DNA of 64,000 bases from Octopus vulgaris (Eukaryota): contig OX597818.1 of NCBI GenBank assembly GCA_951406725.2, positions 142,352,001 through 142,416,000 of the forward strand, given 5' to 3'. The first letter of the stretch is position 1, and each line of letters starts with the position of its first letter. Position numbers and translations under genes: made by a program. Below the pieces are notes generated by a model that saw only the letters and a program-made list of their open reading frames with translations, was not told where the DNA came from and searched no databases. Shown piece after piece: positions 53,267-64,000 of the stretch.

Positions 53267-53317
53267 TTTGCCAAAATATTTTCATCACTTTGAGATCGTG
53301 ACCTGTTCACTGACAAA
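53267..53317 (-). ncRNA. Candidate type I hammerhead with G3-C8 swapped core
   Basis: UUUGUCA-GUGAACA-g-GUCACgaucucaaaGUGAU-GAAA-AUAU-UU^UGGCAAA, then AUUAAA. Confidence 0.55.
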
Positions 53318-53326
53318 ATTCCATGC

Positions 53327-53376
<50 letters not shown>

Positions 53377-53899
53377 ACACACATAACTTCCTATAAGCCA
53401 AAAAGTGTACCTCTTGGTCACTTTATCTGCACTCAATCTGCAAGAAACAGCAATCAAATCTCTTCTCAATTACATTCCAAAAATTTTGCAAAATGGAAGG
53501 CCACATTAGTTAATGGTAATCTGGGAAAACAGACAGTGCAATCATATTCAAATGCCTTTAATTTTAAGCCAACTCACTCATAATCAACCTGGGATGGAAA
53601 GGCAACAGCAGCAGAAGTAGCAGCAATATAACTTTCCATTCCAAAGGTATCTTTGCTATTGCTCATGAATGCATGAAACATGCTGTGTTCATTCATGTTA
53701 CGCTAGCAATGAGGATGAATGGAATATAAATACTATAAGAGTGTCAGAAGGAAACAGGTAGCATTAATAAATATGGGCTTTCTTCATTTTTGGGTGTTTT
53801 TTTTAATAATGATGCACAAAATTGTACGGCAAAATCGAAATCAAGAAATTGAATATTTAGAGGTGAAAGTGAAAATTTTATTCATACATATATATAGAC

Positions 53900-53947
<48 letters not shown>

Positions 53948-54251
53948 GTATATATATATATATATATATACATACATACATAAATATATATATATGTATA
54001 TATATATATATACATACATATGTACATATATATATATATGTATACATACATATATACACACATTTATAAACACACAGAGATATATAACATATACATGAAC
54101 ACACTTGCACGTGCCCCCCTCTCTCTCTATATATATATACATACACACCCATACATATATAGTTACCTATATATAAACATGTACACGCACAACCATATAT
54201 ACACACTTATACCATATATAGTCGTGTATACATAAACACAAATACACACAA

Positions 54252-54292
<41 letters not shown>

Positions 54293-56689
54293 CACTCATA
54301 CATATATAGTCACAAATATCGAGTCACTAACACACACAATCATACACACACACATATTTCCACAATGTGAATGCATATTTCACCTGGTTATCCCCACCAC
54401 CTGACCTTTGAGTATTTTTAGGTGTCAACTGTCATAACACTCAAACATTCAGGCCAAATGGCCAAAAAGATGGAATCTCCCTCCCTTCTGTTATCAATTT
54501 CGGAGACCCTGAAAAAGATTATGGACATTGGTTTTTCTCTCTTAAACCAGTGATAAAAAAAAAACAAACAAACACAAAGAACGTCTATCCCCTCCACACA
54601 TACACACACACACACACTTACCTATCCATATACACATGTGTAATGGGTGCTCATGTACTTAAACAGATTTGGGAAAAATACACACACACACTACACACAC
54701 ACTACATACACACACACACACACACATATGCACACACTCACACACACACATATACAGACATGTAGATAGAAAGAGAGATATATCTTTTCTGTTAATATAT
54801 ATTATCATACATACATACACAAACAAAAACACAAGCATACACACACACACGCACACACACACATTCACACACACATTCACATACACACGTATCTAATTAT
54901 TATAAATATTCTCAAGTGGTGTACAAGAGGAAGATTGAAGCAGCTCAGACACAGAGGTGAATACTTACACACACACACGCACACATGGATAAATATACAT
55001 ATACATACACTTAAACAAACCATACATATTTCCATGCACACACACACACACACAAACACACACACAAATACACACACTTGTGCAGTTTCTTTCATACCGA
55101 CATATGTTCATGCACATACACACAGGTGTGTATGTATGTGCATCTATATATAAGACACAAAGGCATATATATATATAAATGGGTGCACAGCTACAATCAA
55201 ACACACACATACAAGCGCGTATATACTTAATAAAGAAAATGGAAAGACTGGAGAATTCCGCGCGTTCAGTAGAATAGGCGAATGTTAACCTGTAACACCT
55301 TTGTAAAAATCTGGCTTTGAACTGTTGCCAGAATTCTAAGAAGCAAGCCGTGCCGTTCATCATGTGACTGGTCCCTATTTTCTAGGGGAACGTATACTTA
55401 GACATTAATAGGAACATCGATTGCATCGATTCTAAATATACAGTGATACACAGAATTACAGATGCATATGTAAACATATATACAAATGCACACATTCTAA
55501 TGTGTGTGTATGTATGTATGTATATAAATACATATATATATGTATGTATGTATGTATGTATATATATATATGTATATATATATATACATATGGATGCATA
55601 AACAGATATGTGTATATGTATGTGAATATACATACATTGATATATATATATATATATGCATGTATGTATAGATGTGCAACTATGTTTCGGAGCACATATA
55701 CAAGTTGACATATTTGTGTGTGTGTGTGTGTGAAGCCCAACTGAATTCAATAAACATTATATATAAGCTAAAATGTATGTAAATTTCCTTCCTTCCTTCA
55801 TTTTCTGATCATATTTTACCACAATAAACACCTTCCTCTCTCTCTTAGACCATACAGCTGGTCATCAAATGGCCGTCACATGTTACAACTACAATTTTGT
55901 CTACGGCGGCATACGATACATTACATACATATGTCCATCTGTGGTCGATTGGCCATATTAGGTTACAGCTATATCAATATAAGAAATGGACAAAATAGGT
56001 CTTCTTACCCCACATACACATTCTGGCCGGGCTGACGACACACCACTTTTCCTCCACTCTGCAAGCCTGGTGGTACCTTTCCTTTCCGACTTCGTTCTAT
56101 TGTGTGAGCACAAATTGTGCGTGCGTGCGTGCGTGTGTGTGTATCAATGCGTGTATGTGTCTGTGTGCATGACTGAGAAATGCACAAGAGTGTTAGTGTA
56201 TGTATGTATGTTTATGCATATCAATGTATGTGTGTGCATGTTTGTGTGTGTGTTTGTATGCACTCCTTTTTTTCTTTTTTTTTGCTATTCAATCAGAATT
56301 TAGAATGATTTTCTTCTTGGTATAAAGTGTGCATACATGCATATATATATATATATATATAGATATGTATATTAATGTGTGTATGTTTATGTTTGTATGT
56401 GTGTGTGTGTGTGTATGTGTGTGTGTGTTTTACTTTCGTTTGTATCTTTCTATATTTTTTTTAGTTTTCTCTTCTTTTTTTTTTTGTTTAATCCATCAAA
56501 CTGGATCCCTTTCTCGACACATTTACAGCCTTAATCCAGGAAACACAGCAAGTATAATGATGATGATGATTATGATGATGATGATAAGGAGGTTTCTGTA
56601 TTTTTCTTTGTTTTTTTTATTTATTATTTTTTTCTCGCTTTCTTTTTTCTTTCTTTGGGATATCAAACCCAAAATCATATAAAATAGTT

Positions 56690-57061
56690 GAAAGCAAATA
56701 GAGAAGAAAATAAGTGATGAATAAAAACAAAAAAATGAAGAGGGTAAGAGAGGAGGTGAAAAGAGAAGAAAGAAATAAAAGAAAAAGATGGAAAGAGAGA
56801 AGGAAAGTGAGAAAGAAAGAAATAAGAAATAAAGTGGAAAAGAAAGTATAAAGGAGGGGTGATGAAAAGGTAAAGAAAAGAGAGGTGTGTGAAAAGAGAA
56901 GAAAGAAATAAAAGAAAAAGATGGAAAGAGAGAGAGAGAGAAAGAGAGAAGGAAAGGAATAAGAAATAAAGTGGAAAAGAAAGTATGAAGGAGGGGTGAT
57001 GAAAAGGTAAAGAAAAGAGAGGTGTGTGAAATAAATGTGTAATTAGCAGAATTAAATAGAG

Positions 57062-57117
<56 letters not shown>

Positions 57118-57790
57118 ATAGAGAAAAGGGGACAAATAAGGAAGAAAGGAAGAACAGAAAGAAAAAGCTGGAAAGAGAGACAAGGAAAGAGAATGAAAGA
57201 GGCAAAAAAAAAAAAGAGAAAAAGACAAGGAGAAAGAATCAATAAAGAATGAAACAAAGGAAAAGAAAGCTGGAAAGAGACAAGGAAAGAGAGAAAGAAA
57301 GGGGCAAGGAAAGAGAGAAAGGGGTGGAAGAAAGAGAAAAAGAAAGAGGCAAGAAAAGAGAGAAAGAGGTGAGAGAAAGAGAGAAAGAAAGAGGCAAGAA
57401 AAGAGAGAAAGAGGTGAGAGAAAGAGAGAAAGAAAGAGGCAAGGAAGGAAAGAGAGAAAGAGACAAGGAAAGAGCGAAAGGGGTGAGAGAAAGAAGAGAC
57501 AAGGAAAGAGAGAAAGAAAGGGGCAAGGAAAGAGAGAAAGAGGTGAGAGAAAGAGAGAAAGAAAGAGGCAAGAAAAGAGAGAAAGAGGCAAGGAAGGAAA
57601 GAGAGAAAGAAAGAGACAAGGAAAGAGAAAGAGACAAGAACGAATGAAACAAAGAAAGTGAGAAAGAGACAAAAAATGAGATGAAGAGAAAAAGAAAAAG
57701 AGAAAAGAAAGAGAAAGTAGAAAGAAAAGACAAAAATCTAAAGGTATTGAACAAAAGTTAAAATAGAAAGAAACAAAATGGAAAAATAAG
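56690..57790. repeat. ~1.1-kb purine-rich (GA) tract with an internal ~133-bp duplication and minisatellite
   Basis: 56756-56893 is repeated at 56889-57030. Repeated gaggcaagaaaagagagaaagaggtgagagaaag units. Source of the F/L/S and E/R/K ORFs. Confidence 0.9.
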
Positions 57791-59929
57791 GGAAAACTGG
57801 AAGAAAATGGGATTGCCCCCTTTGAAAAAAAAAAACCTGAAGAAATCAACAGCTATAGCTTGCTCAGTTGTTCACAAAAAATCCTTAATGAATTGATATC
57901 AAGAAATCCCAGGTCAGTGGTGTGTGTGTGTGTATATGCCTGCGCCTGTGTATGTGTATGTGTATAGATTGTGTGTGTTGGTCACTTGTGCCACAGTAAT
58001 TAAGCCCATATGGACACCAAACAACTTTATATCTTCACATGGTTTCTTTCACAAGTCAGAATACATATTGTATATGCGTGCGTTTGTATGTATATATATG
58101 TACTGCATTTAATTGATCTATCTATGAATCTATCAAGCAATCTAGGTGTGTCATAACCATTCTGCCTCTGCTTGTATCTATCAATTCATCTCTATCCTTT
58201 TCGTGCAACAATGCGATACACATCTCAGATTATTCCATTTATCTATCTAGCTATCTAGCAACCCTGCTTATCTATCTGCCTATCTATCTATATCAAGTGG
58301 GTGCGTGTACCTATGTATAAAAGTGTGTGTTTACATGTGCCATGTGTACCAAATTGATCTGTATGGTATGTGTATGTATGTATATATGTATATATGTATA
58401 TATGTATGTGTGTCTGCCTGTCCAATGTTGTTTTTCTTGCGGGGTGAGGTGGGCGGGGCTGTGTGTTTTTTTTTATCAACATATATATTTTTGTTTACAC
58501 TATTACTGCAGCTACTGCTGCTCCTGACAGGCCTTCTTCTAACAGTCTATCTATCTTTCTTTCTTCCCCATCTCTCATTCATAGGAATACAATTGTAGAA
58601 GCCGGTCCATTGACTACTACTACTACTACTACTACTTCTCCTAATGTTGATGCTCATAACAACTACAGGAGCTGCTGCTACTACTACTACTACTGCTGCT
58701 GCTGCTGTCACTGAACAGGGAGAAAGGTAGGCACAGGAAAGTAATGTCCCACAACAATCCAGAGCCCTGGTGTAAATAAATGAAACTATAATAATAATTA
58801 TTATTATTATTATAGAAATTATTTTCCTCGTTTGACTTTCGTGAAAACACTGTCCCTCTCACATACACACTTTAAATAACCCTCTTTGCATTGTCCCCTT
58901 TATTTGTCCCCTTCATTCAACCACCGAGGCAAGTATTTATTATTATCATTATTACTAATGCCGTTGTTGTTGTTGTTGTTACTCAAGTCCCTATTCTGTA
59001 TTGCTTCTGTTCTTAAAATAGGACCCATTACTTTTTTATTTTCGAAATCCACGACCACCACCACCACCGCCGCCCTCCAATCAGGACTCTCCCCCCACCC
59101 CACACTCCGCTATTTCCACTCCACTCCATCCCACCCAATTTCCTCACCACCACCACCACCCTATAAAATATCCCAAACACATCTTCCATATATAATGCAT
59201 GCATGCGCGCAGACACACACACGTACACACACACACTTTCCTTCTTCCACTTCTCTTCCCTGTCGCCTTGTCGCCGCCTCCGCCGCCGCCGCCACGGCCT
59301 CCTCCCTTCTGTTCCCCACCATTGTCGTCCAGAGCAGAGCCTCGTAAACGTTGTTTTGACAAGGAAGCTATGGGACACACAACAAGATTTGGTCATTAAA
59401 GCGAACAGACACACTCACAGACACACACGTGTGTATACAGATTGCCGCCGCCGCCACCGTGCACACACACAGTTTGTACTAAGTGTTCTGTAGGAAGGTT
59501 ACTTTTTGGCCTGGTGGTGGTTATAGCAGTCCAGGGTCAGCTAGGGTATATCGACTGTCCCTGTTACCACCACCACCACCATCACCTGCTAATGCAACCG
59601 CCACCACCTTCATCATCATTATAAGCAGAACTGTCATTATTACTGCCAATGCTGGCTACCCACCCAGCCCACAAATACACACACCATCATTATCATCAAT
59701 AATGATAATAATTACTATGTAACAAACAGTGATGCTATGAGGAATGCAGTAGTGGTGATAATGGTGTTTGTGATTATGATGATAATAGTGATTGTGATGA
59801 TGATTACTTATAGGGGTCCATAAAATAAAATATCATCCAAATACTTGGGTCCATGTAATCAACTAATCCCTTTTCCCTTAAAACTGCTGGCTCAGTGTCT
59901 AAATTAAAAACATTGTTAGTATTATTATT

Positions 59930-60135
59930 ACTGCCACTACGTTCTGAGTTCAAATTCCGCCGAGGTCGACTTTCGGGGTCGATCAATTAAGTACCAGTTT
60001 CGCACTGGGGTCGATGTAATCGACTTAATCCCTTTGTCTGTCCTTGTTTGTCCTCTCTGTGTTTAGCCCCTTGTGGGTAGTAAAGAAATAATAATAATAA
60101 TAATTATTATTATTATTAGTAGTAGTAGTAGTAAT

Positions 60136-60168
<33 letters not shown>

Positions 60169-61001
60169 ATTATTATTATTATATGCTTAGCAGCATCTCG
60201 GCCATCTCTACGTTCCGAGTTCAAATTCCGCAGAGGTCGACTTTGCCTTTCATCCTTTCGGGATTAATAAACTAAGCACCAGTGAATTACTGGGATCGGT
60301 GTAATTGACTATCCCTATCACCACAAATTCCAGGCTTTATTGCCAATATTATTATTATTATTATTATTATTAAGGCGGCGAGCTGGCAGAAATGCTAGCA
60401 TGCCGGATGAAATGCTTAGCAGCATTTCGTCTGTCTTTAACATTCTGAGTTCAAATTCCGCCAAGGCCAACTTTGCCTTTCATCCTTTCGGGGTTGATAA
60501 ATTAAGCACCAGTTATGCACTGGGGTCAATATAATCGACTTAATCCGTTTGTCTGTCCTTGTTTGTCCTCTCTGTGTTTAGCCCCTTATGGGTAGTAAAG
60601 AAATAGGTATTTCGTCTGTCGTTACGTTCTAAGTTCAAATTCCGCCGAGGTCGACTTTGCCTTTCATCCTTTCGGGGTCGATGAAATAAGTACCAGTTGC
60701 ATACTGGGTTGATCTGATTGACTGCCCCGCCCCCAAAATTTCAGGCCTTGTGCCTAGAGTAGAAAAGATTATTATTATTATTACTATTATTATCATTAAG
60801 GTGGCAAACTAGCTGAATAGTTAGTACACTGGAGAAAGTGCATAGCAGTATTTTGCTGATCACTATGTTCTGGGTTCAAATTCCACCGAGGTCGACTTTG
60901 CCTTGCATCCTTTAAGGACCAATAAACTAAGCACCAGTGAATCACTGGGATCGATGTAATCAACTATCTCTATCCCCACAAATTCCAGGCTTTGTTCCTA
61001 T

Positions 61002-61079
<78 letters not shown>

Positions 61080-61300
61080 GAGGTGGCGAGCTGGCAGAAT
61101 CATTACCATGCCGGACAAAATGCTTAGCAGTATTTCATCTGCCGCAACATTCTGAGTTCAAATTCCGCTGGGGTCGACTCGGCCTTTCATTCTTTCAAGT
61201 TCAATTGAATAAGTAACAGTTACGCATTGCGGTCGATGTAATCAACTTAATCCCTTCCCCCAAATTTGAGGCCTTGTACTTCCAGTAGAATGGAGTATCA
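59930..61300 (+). mobile_element. Head-to-tail array of SINE B copies separated by (ATT)n
   Basis: Six gttcaaattcc B-box bodies (~59947, 60218, 60448, 60633, 60874, 61154). Further fragments on both sides. Confidence 0.88.
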
Positions 61301-61590
61301 TTATTATCATTATTAAAGATGGTGAGCTAGCAGAATCATTAGCGCACCAAACAAGCCAAGGTCAATTTTACCTGTCATCCTTTCAGGATTGATAAAATAA
61401 GTACCAGTTGAACACTGGGGTGATATAATCAACTCATCCCCTCCCCCAAAACTGAAAGAAGTTGCATGTATATATATATATACCGGAGTAAACACATAAA
61501 TGTGAAACAAGGTGGAAAAAAAAAAGAGTACTCAAATACCAGGGGTAGAGTAATATGCTTTATTTAAAAGCAGCAGAAATTCAACAAAAC

Positions 61591-61628
61591 CTGTTACTCA
61601 GAGTTTCACGTTTCCGTTCGTCGGACAG
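61591..61628 (-). ncRNA. Minimal type I hammerhead (U4C core)
   Basis: CUGU-CCGACGA-ACGgaaaCGU-GAAA-CUCuGAG-UA^ACAG. Confidence 0.65.
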
Positions 61629-61648
61629 TTTTGTTAATTTTAACAAAA

Positions 61649-61686
61649 CTGTCCAACGAACAGGAATGTGAAACTCCGAGTAACAG
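61649..61686 (+). ncRNA. Mirror hammerhead copy (U4C and G5A, likely inactive)
   Basis: CUGU-CCAACGA-ACAggaaUGU-GAAA-CUCcGAG-UA^ACAG. Confidence 0.55.
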
Positions 61687-62493
61687 GTTTTGTTGAATTT
61701 CTGCTGCTTTTAAATAAGGTATATATATATATATATATATACATGCAACTTCTTTCAGTTTCTGTCTACCAAATCCACTCACAAGGCATTAGTCAATGCA
61801 GGGCCATTATCTAAAACACTTGCCCAAGTTACAGCTCTGTGGGACTGAACCCAAGACCACATGGTTGGGAAGCAAGCTTCTTAACCACACGGCCATGCCT
61901 TCGCCTTACTCCTCCCTTTACCACAACTACTGCCACTACTACTCATTGGTACAAAATGTTCCAATATTAGCAAATACCAAGTTGATTTTAAACAAAACAA
62001 AAGAAAGAAAGGAAAAAGGAATGAAAGAAGAAGGGAAAATCAGACATAAATGAAAGGAATGAATCTTTTGTAATATCCATGGCTTTTTAACAGAATCTAA
62101 GATTAGTTCTGGTCACTGAATTTTCTCACTTCAATGGACTTTCAGTTTCATTAATGCCATGGCGAATAAAAAAAAAAAAAAAAAAACAGTCCAGAATTAG
62201 TTATTGCAGTTATTGATGATGATGATATTCACAAACATGACCCGGAGACATTTCTCAGCATAAACTAATGGAAAATTGTTGACATGGAAGTTTTTCTTTT
62301 TATCTTTTATCTATTTTTTTTTTTACTTTTTACTTTTTCAAAATAACAATTGGAAAGATAAATTGAAATTTAATACCAGACTACTTGTTACTTTTGTTGA
62401 CCAGTCCCAGGAAAAGTCTGATCAAATAAACCTATAACCAATGACATTCTATCCATGACCATCCAAACTAGTTTATCCAAGATCCAGGATCAT

Positions 62494-62898
62494 ACTCTTA
62501 CTCTTCTATTTGTTTCAGTCATTTGACTGCAGCCATGCTGGAGCACCGCCTTTAGTCGAGCAAATCAACCCTGGGACTTATTCTTTGTAAGCCCAGTACT
62601 TATTCTATCGGTCTCTTTTGCCGAAACGCTAAGTGATGGGGACGTAAACACACCAGCATCGGTTGTCAAGCAATGCTAGGGGGACAAACACAGACACACA
62701 AACACATACACACACATATATATATAAATACATATATACGACAGGCTTCTTTCAGTTTCCATCTACCAAATCCACTCACACAAGGCATTGGTCAGCCCAG
62801 GGCTATAGCAGAAGACACTTGCCCAAGATGCCATGCAGTGGGACTGAACCCGGAACCATGTGGTTGGTAAACAAGCTACTTACCACACAGCCACTCCT
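62494..62898 (-). mobile_element. SINE family A
   Basis: Reverse-complement match to family A. Confidence 0.9.
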
Positions 62899-62904
62899 AT
62901 CTTG

Positions 62905-63160
62905 GTTGGGCTTCATGAGCAAAGACTTACAGGTTTGCTGATGTCTGACAAGTCTAATTCTGGGCAAACATGGGAACGGAAGCTGCTCAGTGTTCTTGTT
63001 TTTCCTCCTTTTTTCTCTCGTCTGCAAGGATGGTTCTGCAGGTGTCTTCAAGGGACACCATTGTCCAATAACAGTGAGAATCTAGGGCTCATGGTCAGCT
63101 GCAAGGACAGACCATTGGTGGAGATCAATGTAGCAGGTAACCAATAGAGAGAGAAAGGCC
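62905..63160 (-). mobile_element. Decayed RTE LINE C-terminus
   Basis: LVTCYIDLHQWSVLAAD... and REKRRKNK...FPCLPRIRLVRHQQTCK, resembling the RTE end WxxLAADR...SRIGLxSHQR. Confidence 0.65.
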
Positions 63161-63819
63161 CTACATGTGATAACAGCTGTTTGATATTATTCCACAAGTT
63201 GCACAAATCAGCAATGTTTGGACCCTGCATAAGTGTGTACAGCATGGTCTCAAAGCTCTGAATGCACATCAGACAATTCCACTTGATGTCACTTTGTTGC
63301 CTGCAGAAGCTATTGTGAACTGGTAGTGCCCCTCACTCAGTAGCACTGAAGACCAAGGATTTCTGGAAGTTATCCCATAGTAGTCTTCAACCTAAAAGTC
63401 CTCCAGAACAAACCAGCTAGTTTGTCCCCTTCGATGCTTAGAGTTTTTCCAAGAATGTCATTGCTCTTAGCCACTATTAGTTCTCTTCATATTGCTGAAG
63501 TGGAACTTCCACCAACCACATCATCCAAGAACATCAAAGACAACGCCTTATGGTATATGTTCCAACTCACTACACTTGAAGTTCAAATTCTGCCAGGCTC
63601 AATTTTACCTTTTATCATTTCAGATTGATAGATAAAGTATGAATCCAGGGCTGTGAATTGGTGAAAGCATCAGATGGAATATCCTGCAGTATTTGTTATA
63701 AAAGTTCTTTGTATTCAGTGTAGGTGTTACTTACACTGACACTGGTGACAAGTTGTATCAATCATTGCCTTTAATTTTGAACAACATTAGACATAAAGAG
63801 AGAAGACTTGTGACATAAA

Positions 63820-64000
63820 GAGAGAAGACATTGCTTAAACAGCAGCCATTTTCAGCTTCACACACCTGTGTTCTTCCCAAAACTTGCACCATAATATCCT
63901 CAAGAGTTTCAAACCCCACTTCTCTGATTTCTCTATTGACATTCTCATTCAGTTGCACCAGGGTCTCCAGTTTGCTGGTGTAAACACTCTCTTCAGATAT
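63820..64000 (-). pseudogene. Tc1/mariner (rosa/maT-like) transposase C-terminal remnant, continuing beyond the window
   Basis: VYTSKLETLVQLNENVNREIREVGFETLEDIMVQVLGRTQVCEAENGCCLSNVF resembles VYxxKPxTLxxLKxNIxxEI...RxxxCxxxNGxHL. Confidence 0.6.

Larger units (their letters stand above)
61553..61724. repeat. ~85-bp-arm palindrome carrying a hammerhead motif in each arm
   Basis: Centre gttttgttaa-tt-ttaacaaaac at 61628-61649. Confidence 0.92.

Noticed and set aside
56523-57849. Longest ORFs in the window (244 and 265 aa F/L/S-rich; 132 aa E/R/K-rich)
   Set aside because: Stop-free only because the tract is purine/pyrimidine-biased; no domain signal.

Overview
AT-rich, microsatellite-dense eukaryotic non-coding DNA. 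The SINE and microsatellite landscape resembles an octopus or other coleoid cephalopod genome (inference). I recognise no host protein-coding gene, rRNA, genuine tRNA or CRISPR array; almost all ORF-track entries are microsatellite or SINE translation artefacts. The window is dominated by transposons: several tRNA-headed SINE families (labelled A-F here, my own labels), LINE remnants (Tx1/L1, RTE, Penelope-like), two copies of a non-autonomous Helitron, a fold-back mariner, a Tc1 remnant with DD36E spacing, and hAT- and piggyBac-like MITEs. The most notable signal is a set of short, mutually dissimilar cassettes next to (TA)n tracts that fold by eye into minimal type I hammerhead ribozymes (22.3, 36.4, 52.4, 53.3 and 61.6 kb, plus a half motif at 21.8 kb). 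Most are followed by a poly(A) signal, several are arranged as fold-back palindromes, and the cores include variants (G3-C8 swap, U4C). A ~400-bp bipartite RTE element with an HDV-ribozyme-like 5' end lies at 42.3 kb. All structures were paired manually; no searches or folding programs were run.
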